Below, one piece after another: positions 36,185-52,210 of a stretch of 64,000 bases of DNA (position 1 is the stretch's first letter; every line of letters starts with the position of its first letter). This DNA is from Reclinomonas americana ATCC 50394 (taxonomy: Eukaryota). The stretch lies in NCBI GenBank assembly GCA_048213135.1, contig PS015109.1, positions 9,413-73,412 of the forward strand. The letters are read 5' to 3'. The translations under genes and the position numbers were made by a program. The notes beneath the pieces were generated by a model. The model saw nothing but the letters and a program-made list of their open reading frames with translations, was not told the DNA's origin and searched no databases.

Positions 36185-39100
36185 ATGAGCGTGGAGCAGA
36201 TGCAGACTGTGGATGTGCCCGACATTGACGACCGTCTCAATGGTCTCTTTGGAGGCCGCGGAGCACTTCAAGAGTTGCGCATCTCAACACATCAAACACA
36301 CACACGCGCGCGCCCGCTGTCTGTCTCTCTGACACCACGTGAGCGCAGTCAGAGCGCAGTTCAGGAGTGCTTCAAGGCGGTGACGGGCAAACAAGTGGCC
36401 TTTGACGACAAGTTGTTCGACACGCGGCCGCCCTCTGCTGAAGTCATCAGCGGCATCCGCCCAACCGCCGTGCAACCGTCTCGTGGCAGCACACTTCCGC
36501 CACCAGTTGCGACAACGCGTGCGCCCGCGGTGACGACGGGCATGTCGTCTGATCGCACTCTTGTCGCACCTTCCAAGTTGCGCGCGCGCACACACACACA
36601 CACACACGCAAACACGCACACACTTTACAGCGGCACACACACACATGCACACGTGCGCACACAACGACGACTTTCACTTGTCGTGGTGGAGAATGTTGCA
36701 ACCTACTTTTTTTTTCTGTTTGTTTGGTGCTCTCTCGCCGTCTCGCTGCGGCGCACCGAAAAAAGAAGACACGCATCCTTGTTTTTGTGTTATGCGTCGC
36801 GTCTTGTTGGTGCGTTGGCGCTCCATGCACCAAACTTCAACTGACGTGCAAGTCTGGATTCTCTTTCTGTGTGTGCCAGAGCGAAATCGACTCCTGCTCC
36901 GCTGCGTCCACCGGCGGTGGCGACTCCGCAGTTGCAGGCGCGGCGGCGGCAGTTGACGATGAATGTGAGTGATCTGGGCAGTGGATTCGGAGAGAGTGCC
37001 ACGTTGCCGAGTCCGTCGGTCATGAAGCGCGCGTTTGCCAATGATGACGAGTCGTTGTTGTCGCCGCTGACTCCGCTGGTGCGTTGCTCTTGATTGACTC
37101 CTCCCTGTGGTCTTTTGTGCTCTCCTGTTGTGCTCACATGCGTCGTCCGTGTGCAGCGCGATGCGCCTACGCGTCCGCGGCAGGTCAATGGTTCGTCGTC
37201 CAAGCCGCGAGCGGCTGCTCCGGCGAAACCGGCGGCGGCATCTGCGGCGTCCTCTGCGTCGACTGCTGCGGCGGCTGCGCCGCCGGCGGAACCGGCGGCG
37301 ACCGGCAGTAATGAGTCGTCTGACGAGGAGGAGGACGATGCCGACGATGACGAGGATGATTCGAGCAGCGAGGAGGACGATGATGATGATGACGAGGAGT
37401 CGAGCAGTGATGACGACGACGATGAAGAGGAGGAGGAGGAGGAGGACGAGGATAACGAGGACAGTAGGAAGGTAGTGGAAGCGGCGCCAGATGCGGCAGC
37501 AGTGTCAAGTGTGGCGGCGGCAGCGGAGGCGGAGGAGCCTGCTTTTGGTCTGATGCTGCCGCCGTCGCCGGTGCACGCGATAGGAGTGTTTGAACCTCCG
37601 CCGCCATCGGCACCAGAGCCACCACCACCACCACCTCCAGCACCAGCATCGGCGGCGGCACCGGCGGCGGCAGCTCAAAGGAAGAAAAAGTCGGTGACGA
37701 TTGCCCCTTCGGTGGCGCCAGATCCACCACCAAAGGCTGCGAAGGCGACCTCGAAATCTTCTTCTTCTTCTACTGCGGCGGCGGCGGCTGCTGCTGCTGC
37801 TGCTGCTGCTACGACGAAGCCGAAGAAGGGTGCGGCAGTGTCTCGAGACGTGCCGATGCGGAGTACTTTTGACGACGACGATGACGACGATGATGACAAC
37901 GTGGACGGCGGTGGTGAGGGAGCAAGACACGCTACTTCAAAGCAATCAAAGGCCGCTGCTGGTGCCGCCAGCGACGACGGTGCGGTGTCGAAGCGCAAGG
38001 GTGCGGCCAGTGCGCCATCGAAGACCGCGGGGGCGAAGCGCCGTTTCGATGACGATGCGGATGATGCCGTGCCGGCGACAGCAGCATCGTCCGCGAGAAA
38101 AGAGCAGGAGGATGGCGTGGCGATGGATGTGGAGGCTGGGGCGCAGCAGCGTTCTGGGCGACCGGTGTCAAAGCCACGAGTTGCGTTGTCAACGTACCAC
38201 TTCAAATGTGTGTTTTTTTGCTTGCTCACCTGGGACCACAGAAAGCGACGTCTGCCCCAGCGGAGGGGTCGGCAGGGGGTGCGACAACCACGAGTCCACC
38301 GCTGAAGTTGCAGAAGCGGAGCAAGGAGGAAACAGTCGCCAACGCATCGCCACCAATACTGCCACCATCGCGCAGCTCGAATTCGATTCTGCCGGCACCC
38401 ACCGGTGCCTCACCGCGTCTGATGCGAGGTTTGTGCAGCACTGCGGCTGTTGTGTGAAGAATCTGCTGGCCGACTCACTCTTTCGTGGGGTGTGCCTGCT
38501 GCAGCTCCGTCGGCGCACAGCTTGAATTCGGGAGGCAGCTCCGAGTCGCCACCCGAACCCGCGGCGCGCTCCGGCAGTCGTCGCGATTCCACGGCAGGTG
38601 CCTCCTCCTCTTCCTCGTCGTCGTCGTCAAGGCGACCTCCCGTGTCGACAACGACGCCGCCCACCAATGGAAACGGCAACGGCCACGGTGTGTTTGTTAT
38701 TGGGGACACGGTGGCAGAGTGTGTGGCTGAAACGAGATGTGCATCATTGCAGGTGGCTCTTCACAACCCTCCAGGTCGCCCGCCAATCGGTCACCGTCAC
38801 CCTCACGGCACGACAGAAGGCACTCGACGTCGAATGGGTACGTCTCATCTCTCGCAGCGACAATCATGATGATGATGATGACCGGGTGGCTGACACGCTC
38901 ATCGATCGCAGTCAACATCAACCGCATCGTGGCGATTCGTGGCGGTCAACCTCCACTGCTGCGAATGGCGGTGGCAGTGGCGGTGGCAGTGGTGGCAGCA
39001 GCAGCAGTGGTGGCTGGGACATGCCGCTGGCGACGAAAGCCTCGTGTGCCGAGGAGGCCACGCGGCTGAAGCGTGAAGCGGATCGTATGGTGTGTGTGCG

Positions 39101-39950
39101 TGTGCGTTGAGGGTGCTGGAGGATTGATTGCTCACATGGTGGCGATGTGAACAGGCCGAAACTGATCCAGCGGGCGCCTCTCGCAAGTACCTCTTTGCTG
39201 CGCTGTCGTGGCTGGAGAGTGCCGATCTGTGCGAGGTGAGTCGTGTGTGGCCGGTGTTTTTTGTGTGGGCTGTTGCTGAGCGATGTGCGTGTGTGTGCTC
39301 GTGCAGAACGACGTGGATGCGGCCAAGTTGTACGAGGAGTACGTGTTGTACTTTGACAACCGGAAGCAGTTTACGCAGCGACATGGCTTTGCGCATCACC
39401 AGTACCTGTGGAACGTGTGCATCACGATTTGCAACATTCTCATGGTGCGCAAGACACCGCTGCGAACACCGGTGGCATCTCTGGAGCGCGACCTGGATGC
39501 TGCAGTGAGGAGTACCGTGTCGCCATCGGATTCGGTGAGTTTGTTGTTGTCGTTGTTCTCGTTGTCGCAGCACAACTAAACACTTGGGTGTCATTCTCTC
39601 CTCTTTCTAAACAGGCGCCAGATAATGTGTTGCGTGCCTGCTGTTGGTGTTGTTGTTGGGGTGTTTTTGTGAACACGTGCTGACGACCATCGCCGCACAG
39701 TGTGCAAACGGCGTTGCGGAATGCCAAGCAGTTTGTGCTTCGCAACAAGCGACTGATGCTGGCCATGGATATCACCGCCGTGCTGGAGGATCGGCGGAAG
39801 AAGCTGCTCAGCGATTCCCACAGCGCGGAGTGGTCGTCGGCAGCGCGTGAGGAGTGGAGCCGCCCCACACCGATCGAGAGGGACTTTGTTCGCGTGCGCA
39901 ATGACCAAGTACGGTCGTATGTGCGCCGCTTGCTCGACATCCTCTCATGA
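36185..39950 (+). CDS. AF4/FMR2 (AFF/Lilli)-like or plant CWZF-like protein: long disordered region plus a helical C-terminal domain
   Basis: EEATRLKREADRM..KYLFAALSWLESA and a C-terminal VRSYVRRLLDIL. N-terminal DIDDRLNGLFG. Acidic/Ser/Pro low-complexity middle. Confidence 0.6.
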
Positions 39951-41134
39951 CATTTTGGTGTGGGCGTGTTGGACGAGGGGAGGGAGAGAGTGTGTGTATG
40001 GACTTGTTATGTGACCATGTGTATGTGTGTGTGGGTGGTGTCTTCCCGTTTTGTGTATGGTAACTTTGTTTGTGGTGTGGAAGGCAACAGAATAAGCAAT
40101 AGCAACAGAAGAAGCAGCAGCAGCAGCAGTGTGCGTCGTGTGTCGTTTGAGGTTTTGACCAGACACGCTGTCTCTGTGTGGGTCTGTTTTTTGGGGGAGG
40201 GAGTGATCGTTTGAGGGAGTGGAAGAAAACAGAAAGGGAACACGTTGAGCAATTCTCATGTTAACCGGTTAGTGCATTAAAACAAAAAAAAAATTGTCGT
40301 CTTGTTTGTGCTCTTCTCAAGCCGGTGGTGGTCCGTCTCCAAGAGGCGATCTGCAGCCACACAAGCGAGTCAGCCAACAATGCACGCGCAGCAGTGTAGA
40401 AAAGCAGTAGTGGAGTACACGGGGAGAGTGAGGAGGGGAGGGAGAGACATTCATCAGAAGGTCGTTGCGGTCTAATGCTGACGACACTAGTGATAAATCA
40501 ATCACGATTTTTCTGATGTCCCTATCATAAAACATCATCATCTGAATGCGCTCACAGCTCACGCAGTGGTGCTTGTGCAGCAAAGAAGAAGAAGGAATGT
40601 GTGGCGCACACAGAGGACCCCACTCACCATTTCATCATCGAAATCGCCTCCGCTCCTGCATCAACAAGGAGAGCACAGCAAGAGTGAGCGACAAGTGCAT
40701 GCCATTAGTCTCTCGTTTTCCCCTCGCTCTCTTTCATCATCATCCATCCTTCCATCCTTCCATTTTTCTTTCGTGCATCATACCTATCATATCAGAGGTC
40801 ATAGGCGAGTGGGCGTTTTTTTGCGTCGTTAGCCTCACCACCATACCATTGAGCTGAGTTGAGTTTAAATCACGCGCAACAAAAGTGGAAGGCGTGGAAG
40901 GATGGATGATGATGATGCTGACTCACTAACTCCCCCCTACTGTCTGTTGACGAGCCACTCACCAGCAGAAGGGAAGAGGGAAAAGTGCAAGTGTGCACAT
41001 GCACATGTGCATGGCATGTCGCGTTTCTTTTCTTGTTGCACGGCCGGGCGATTCTTGTCATCGCTGGTGCCACCGCGCATGAAGCAGCAGGTTGCAGGTG
41101 CAAGATGAAGAGTAGAGGGAGGAAGGAAGGGCGA

Positions 41135-42942
41135 TCACACGTTCATGGCGTGCGAGGAAAGTCGAAAAAGGGGGCCAAAAGGTGTGTGGGACAAGTCGCT
41201 GCAAAGGACACACCACTTGCAGGCAAACGTTCTCAAGGCCTCGCTAATGAATTCCCCTCGGAACTTGCCGCAGCACGATGGTCGACCTGTTACAGAGCTT
41301 CGCCGACCAAAATCCGTGACTTCGATCTCGGCAACGTCGAAACTACACACATTATTACTTTACAGAGCATCGCGCGGCGATGGCATTTTCTCGTATCGCG
41401 TATCTGACTCGCTGTACATGTCGCGCCCTGGGGTGGACGTTGGCGTTGATGAGGATTTGCCGTCACGCGGCGTCAGACGCACGACGACAGCACTGCTGTC
41501 TTGCCGCCCATCGACAAACAGCGTCGGTGCAAAAACCACGAGGAAAATGAGGACGCCACACTGCGTCGTCGTCATAATGTGTACCGACGAGTGTGAGTGG
41601 GCGCAGCGGTCACGATAAGCGAAACGGGTGTGCGTGCTGCGCACTCTCACAAACCTGGAAAACCACTTCCGACACGTACGCCAGGTTGCTGGCCACGGGA
41701 TGGCCGACGACCTGGAACGAGTACGCGACGAGCAACAAGGTGACGGTGGCGAAATATGGCAGCAGCACTAGCAGCGACTGTGTGTATGTGTGTGCGTGGG
41801 CAGTTTAGAGATGAGTGACTGAGTCAGGGAGTGCGCAACCGGAAGACGCAACTCTCCACAGCAGCGAGAACACGAGCGAGTTATTCGCACGCAGCCACAC
41901 GTACGTCTTGACGACCTCGACAATCACCGCACTCAGGCCGAGCACGAAGAGCCCCAGCAGCAGCATGAGCAGAATGACACCGGCGCGAGTGAGCGGACCG
42001 CACTCGAGAATGCCGGCAACGTGACACGGCTCGGGAGCAATCAGCAGCGCAATCATTAGGGCAATCATGGCCGCGATGGTGATCGCCATCAGCCACGGCA
42101 GCACCTGCATGCCGATGCGCAGACGAAGCCATCGCATGACGCGACTGAACTTTGATTCCCTCACAGGAATCACCGCTGAATCATGCTCCGGATCCGCCAG
42201 CTCGTCCCCGCCCACCAGCTTGTCGTTCAGCGACCCGCTGCCAACCTGCGGGTCTGACGAGCGCCGCTGTGCATACAGCTGCAACACAAGGCGATGAGAG
42301 AGAGAGAACGAACAGTGAAAGCACGCGACCACTGCCAACCTTTGCGTGCAGAAATTGGCGATTGATCACCGCCAGGCGCGTTCCCACATTCGCCCAGTGA
42401 ATCAGCGCGCCAAGGAACATGAGCATGTGTGCCATGAACCGAGTGACCACCAGCGCAGTCAACGTCGACAGCGCCACGTCCATGGTAAACGAGAAGTCGC
42501 TGTGACAACGATGAGATGAATGATCAATAGAGGAGTGCGAGGATGATGCGCCACACGCAACGAGAGCCACACAGCCAAGCTCAACACAGACCCCGTCAGT
42601 GCCAACACACGCATGACCTGGAACAACCACCACGAGAACATGGCTTTCCGTGTGGTCGACAATCGCCGATTGGCTGTCGCGGGTCCGGATGATGATGGCG
42701 ATGATGATCGCCACTGACATGACAACCACATGCACCTCCGCGCACAACATTGCTGGCGCATATACTCGGAGAAGCTCCACACGGCGAGCGGGATCGTCAA
42801 GCCATCGAGCAGCACATTCGGAATGCAAAAACCCCTGCTTGGAATATAATTATTACAGGTATACAAAGAAAAAACAATCGCGGCCAGCATAAAAACGCGC
42901 GTGCGCACGCAACTTGTACTGAGCGCACAGCGTCTCGCTCAT
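41135..42942 (-). CDS. Putative 7-transmembrane protein of unknown family; 3' end uncertain
   Basis: Starts MSETLCAQYK. Seven hydrophobic segments across spliced exons, then a polar tail. Confidence 0.55.
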
Positions 42943-43060
42943 GGTTGTTCGGCCGCAAAAGCCCGCAACACTGAGCGCGAAATATTGTCGCCGCCGATCG
43001 GCCGAGGCCAAAACACGTCATCACACAGTTATTGTCCCGGCTGACTTTTACACACAAGCG

Positions 43061-44922
43061 ATGGCAAAGTGAGTCGCTTCTCTTGTGTTGTGCATGTGTG
43101 TGCCTGTGCTTCTCTTGTGTGTGCTTCGTGCGTGTGAGATTCTTGGCGTGAGGACTGGGGGGGTGTTGTTCCGTGTGACCATTTCGCACTTGTCGCGCAA
43201 CTTGTCTCTGTCTTGTGCGTGTGCATGCGTGCATGTGCGTGTGCTTGTCGTCGTGCACTGGTGGTTTTGTGTCTGTGTGTGTGCGCGTCGTGTGTGTGTG
43301 TGTGTGTTGGAAGGGGCTGGCGTGCCGGAAGTGCGTGTTGTCATGTGCATGTGCACTTGCTCGCCCAGCGCAGTGCTCACGCAGATGATTTCCGTGCGTG
43401 TTTCCTTTGCATGCTTTCGGGCGTGCATGCGTGTGTGTATGTGTGTGTGTGTGTGCGGACGACACGCGTGTCCACGTCATTATGCCGTATTCTCCACTCT
43501 CTTGTCCGACTGTTGTGTTTTCCGGCACACTCTCCGCCCTCCTCTCTCTGCCTCAGCAGTCTCCTCTTCTCGCTATCTGCATGTGGATGTGTGAGCCTGG
43601 GTGTTGCACACCGCTTGCGTCAGCCCAGATGTATGACGTCAGACTTGCACTTGCAGGCGATTCCCTTCGATGCGCTGGGCACAGCGCAAGGATGTTGTGC
43701 TGGTGACTGTGGATCTGAGCGACACAACAAACGTGTCGGTGACCTTTGAGGAGAAGCACTTGTTGCGTAGCTCGTCCCTGTGTGCGCTGGTTGTGCAAGT
43801 CCTCGCGCTCATCTCCGCGCTCTTGCACTCAGCCACTTGACATGCAAGCGAGAGGACGTCGAGTACGACGCCCATGTGGACTTGTGGGCGGCGGTGGATC
43901 CGGCAGTGCGTCACGCGTTGCTGCTGCAGCTCTTTTTGCTGTTCTCGTTTACTGACACTTGTTGTGCAGGCATGCAAGTTTGATCGCAAGGCACGAAACA
44001 TTGGCATTCTGCTGACCAAGGCCGAGGCTGGCCCCTTCTGGGACAAGCTGCAAGCCGGCGGTCGCAACGCCAACATCTCAGTGGACTTTGAGCACTGGGT
44101 CGGTGCGTACGATCAACCACGAGTGTTCACTCACATGTGCACGTGATCTCTTCTTACGCGTATGAATTGCCACAGACGAGGACGAGGACGAGTTCCACAA
44201 GTCGGGTGCCGGCATGGGAGACTTTGACTTTGACGAGGGTGGCATGGGCGGCATGGGTGGCATGGGTGGTATGCCCGGCATGGGAGGCATGGGAGGCATG
44301 GGCGGCATGGGTGGCATGGGCGGCTTCCCCGGCATGGGCGGCATGGGCGGCATGGGCGGTGAGTGCACAGATGCAGTCTAGTTTTTCGCTTCATGCTCTC
44401 GCCTTCTTCTTCTTCTTCCTCCGTCTGGGTGCCCGGGTGCGCGTCAATCTCGCGGCATTTGTTGATGTCTGTCCGCTGTTGTGTTTTTTTGCTGTCGAAA
44501 GGCATGGGCGGCATGGGTGGAATGGGCGGCATGGGCGGCATGGACATGCAGGCCATGCTGGCGGCCATGCAAGCTCAAGGCGGCGCAGGAGGTTTTTTTA
44601 AAAAAACACGCACACGCACATCACTGCTCGTTTTGTGTTCCGCGATTTGCATTCTCACTCTGCGTGGTGTCTCTCGCGTATGACAGGATTTGGTGGCGAC
44701 GACGACGAAGTTGCGTCTCACTCTGTCTCTGCGTCGTTTGACTTTCGCGCGTCGCACTTGGTGTGCTGACCGTGATTACTGCAGGGCGACTCGGATGACG
44801 AAGAGGACGCGCTGGCCGATCTGGAGCCAAAGGCACACGAGTCCAAGGAAGTTGCGCTGTTGTGAGGTGCCCCCCCTTGTCTCCACTTTCCCTTGTTCCT
44901 CATTCCGTCTGCGCGACAGTGA
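43061..44922 (+). CDS. PTGES3: HSP90 co-chaperone p23/Sba1 (CS domain + GGM repeats); the stop is at 44865 if the last intron is not spliced
   Basis: PSMRWAQRKD, FWDKL, VDFEHWVDEDE, (GGM)n tail, DSDDEED. Confidence 0.9.
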
Positions 44923-45174
44923 GCGTGCCTTCTCGGAGATTTTCCCCTCCGCGTCACACGGAGATTGGCGACGACGAACTACGAGGATGATGACTTGAGA
45001 CTAGGCAGTATGACGGCGATGGGAGTGTGTGCTGTGCGTGTGGATTAGCGATGCGCGGTAGAGTGTGTTGGTTTGGTGCGGTTTGGAGTGAACAAAAAGG
45101 ATGATAGTTTCTCAACTCGCGCAGCAGTTTCGATGTGACGCTTCTTCACTCGCCTCTCATTCTACAATTTTGTG

Positions 45175-48547
<3,373 letters not shown>

Positions 48548-48615
48548 CCCTCGCAAGTCACACACAGAAGAGTCGTGATTTCGTCGATCCGATCACCCGC
48601 GCTTTCAGTGCGTTA

Positions 48616-51600
48616 ATGGCGTCATCATCGCTCGCTTCACCGCCCTCTGTGGTACAGTTCCACGAGGAAGGTAACACGTTGTTGTTGTCTCCCCCTACTT
48701 TCTCTGCCTCCTTCCACTGAGCATGTGTGTTCTTGTCGCGCGCGCGCGCAGCGTTTCGCGAGGCCGAAGAGTTTGGTGCGTTGATCCTGCGTTACCGCTC
48801 TTTCTCCTCGCATCGCACTCTGTGCTGAACGCTCCTGTGTGTGTGCGTGTCGCAGAGGACCTGCGCAAAGTGTTTGCTCGGGCCTGCGACACCACCGATG
48901 AGACGGGTGGCTTGACACGCATCAGTCGTCGAGTGTTCAAGCAGTCGATGATTGGCTGGCAGCTGGCGGCCGACACGACCGACGATCACAAGATGTTCGA
49001 GTCGATGTTCATGTCGCTGCTGAAGAATCGACCGAGTTGCGACACCCTTCCCTCGCACATCACCATTTGATTTCTTTGCGCTGACAACTGCGTGCAGGCT
49101 TCAAGTTCAAACACTTTGTGACGGCCATCAAGCAGTTGGTCGCTCGCAAGTACCCCGGTGTCGACATGGATATTGCATTCCGCGAGGTGCTGGTCACCAA
49201 CATTCTCAAGACGCTTGACGTCGACCAAGGTGACACGCCACACTTTTGTCCAATCCCGCCACATGTGCGCTCACCTCCACGGTGATACAGGCATTCCCGG
49301 TCACGACGATCCCGAGGTCCTGGATGTGCTCTCCGAGTACCGCCGCTGTCTTCGACGAGTTACTCCTGCGTGCGCCCCCTTGGCCACATTCGCCCTCTTG
49401 CCTCACGTGCATGCGCAGATCTTTGACGGCTACGCCGTCGACAACGTCGTCATACCGAACGCACAGTACGTGAACGACGGCGAGGACCGCGACTGGACGC
49501 CCGACATGTTCATGAAGTTCTGGAAGGACTTCAACGTCTTTCCTGGCCTGCTCTCCAAGTCCGAGCTGGCCAAGGTTCCTTCCAGCCGCTGTTGGCAGTG
49601 TGGATTCTCACTGACCGCGCTCTCCTTCACACAGGTGTGGAAGCTGGCCAATGTGGGCGACCAGTCCGACGACAACCCGTTCGAGCTCAGCTACGATGAG
49701 TTCACCGAGGCGTTTGCACGTGTGGCACTCTCCTCGTACACCACAGGTCCGCTCTCCAAGAAACACGTTGCGTTCTTAGGCGATTCACACACATCCCCTC
49801 CCTCGTGAGTCAAACTGACACTCTCTCGCGCTCGCACACAGGCCGAGAAACTGCCATACCAAAAAGTTCTGCTGCTCATCCAGTTCATCGACAAGACGTA
49901 CAAGCGTCTCACGGGCAAGGTATGCATGAGCGCCATGATTCGCCTTGCCTGTTCTCACGTGCGACTTGCATGCACAGGCAATGGACGAGGAGCGATTGCC
50001 AGTGGAGTCGAGCCTGTCTCGCGTACCCACAGTCACCAAGTTGGTCAGCGTGACAATCCTTCTTTTCACGTGCACGATGTGTTGTTGAAGTTGCTTTTCC
50101 TCACTTGGCTCTCCCTCCTTCAGTCTCCGGCCGCTGGTCCGTTCAGTGGCGGCTACCACGTGGTGGTAAGCGGACGCGGCTTTGACGTTCGGCGCATGGC
50201 ACAGCCCACCTGTCGTATCTTGTATCGGGAGACAGCCGGTGTGGTCACCGTTCCCGTGCGCGTCAACACCGACAGTGAAGCGCTCCTCGTGGTACGTGCT
50301 GATTGTGTCTGCGTTGTGCACGTCACTCGCTCTCCACTCACATCGCTGACTGTCTCACAGATACCACCCTGTGCTCAAGAGGGCCGAGTGAAGAACATGC
50401 TGACTCCGGCTACTGCGCTCTCCAGCCTCGCCACCCTTCGCATCCTCCGCGAAGAAGAGGCCAAACTCAGCTTCAGCAACGATGGCGCCACATTCGCCCT
50501 CGAGGAACTCATCTTTGCGTACCAAGGTGCGCCGAGCAAGCCCGCATAAATCATTTGCTTCTTGCTGTACAGATTCTCAACACACACAACGCAGAGGACA
50601 TTGGACCGCTGCACTTGACCACAGCCACGCTCAGTTGCGCCACCACTGCTGCTTTCTCACTCCTCCACTGCGCTCACCTGTTCTTGTGCATGCTCAGACG
50701 ACCTGCGAAAAACGTTTGTAATGCTCACCACACGCACCGATGCGTACAACTTTGACTTTCTCTTCGAGGATGGTTGGACGGCGTTCTGCGACGAACTGCT
50801 GCAGGTGCCACCCACCGACTGGACCCGCCGCTGCTTCAGCGAGTGTGGCAGCATTCACGAAAAGAGTTGCGCTTCCGAGTGTGTCCTGGACCGCGTGGCA
50901 CGTACACACGCGACCGCACCGCACGCACTGCTCATGGCCTCGCGCAGGTCCCAAGCGAGAAACTGCGCTATCGTTCACAGAATTCGTAGGGGCCACGGTG
51001 GCGCTGGTGTATCGCATTCAATTGCCGGCGCTGTCCGAACCGGACGTGACAGATGCCAATACCAGACTGCAGCAACTCGTGGACGAGGCACTGGGCTCGG
51101 CCATTGGTCGACTGGCAGTTGCGCAAGCACGCACACACACTCACACACACACACTACACGCAACTTTTGTGTGATCTAATGCCATGCGTGCGTCCAGGCC
51201 ACAAGCAAGGCGCGCGCTCGTCAAATCAAGCGGCAGCTCTTCGATCCATCCCAGTTGGGCCTGCTGCAGGAGCGCTCACTGGACGTGTACGTTGGTCCAT
51301 TAGTTGTGGGACGTATCACCGAAAAAGCCGGGGCTATGTCCGTCAGCTTCCGTCCCACTCCAGCCATCTCGTCGCACCCGTTTTTGCGCAAACCCCAGTT
51401 TCGTGCCATATTGTTATTTGTTTGCTTCTCGCCTGCCACCGACTTTGCCCCCCCACACGGCAGGCGATGGACAGTGGTCGTGTATGCGCCAGAGCACTTT
51501 CGCACGTTTGTGGAGGTGATTGAGAATGGCGAGACGTGGACCGATGCGATTCATCACATGTTGAGCCTCGGTTTCGACTTTGCGGCCCCGGAGGACGTGG

Positions 51601-52033
51601 AGTCTCGGTCACTCGTCGGCCGTTGCTGGCGGTGAGACTTACACAAGTTTTCTCCCTACTTTTTGTATGCGTCTCACCCGCGAATTCGAACAGGCTGTAT
51701 CGACAAAAGATGCTGCTCGGATGCTGCTGGGACTATCCCGGCAAGTTTGCCACTCTCGACTGGCAGCCGACTCCCATGCAACTGGATCATCCACGATGTA
51801 CAATGACCGTGTACACGCTCACCCACGTGGTGGACTCGGAGGTGAGAGGCGATGCTGCTGCTTGCTGCCTCGTTGCTTCCGCACCGCTCGCTGACCTCAT
51901 GCTGCAGAACGGGGAGACAGTGGCGCAACTGCTGACCGACATTTATCGCGTGTTCATCAAGTCGCCCTCCATTCGCGAGGTCCGAGACCTCTTGTCGCAG
52001 AGTGGAATCATGTGCAGAACGCACATCATGTAA
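48616..52033 (+). CDS. Uncharacterised protein with EF-hand/p25alpha-like helical regions and an IPT/TIG domain
   Basis: The spliced frame is open. ELSYDEFTEAFARVA, LSFTEFVGATVAL and SPAAGPFSGGYHVVVSGRGF..LSFSNDG. Confidence 0.6.
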
Positions 52034-52210
52034 AGAAGGCATACAAACACACGTCTTGTTGCGACTTTCATTACTATTCTTCTCGATCCACACACACACA
52101 CACACACACACACACAGCGGCGTGGGGAAAAACACACATACTATTCAAAGGTTATGTACACGAGGGGAGAGACGGGGTGGTGGTGGTGNNNNNNNNNNNN
52201 NNNNNNNNCC

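Noticed and set aside
10183-44922. Functional clustering of NBS1, TTI2 and p23 (PIKK/HSP90 axis)
   Set aside because: Unrelated genes are interspersed, and there is no evidence beyond coincidence.
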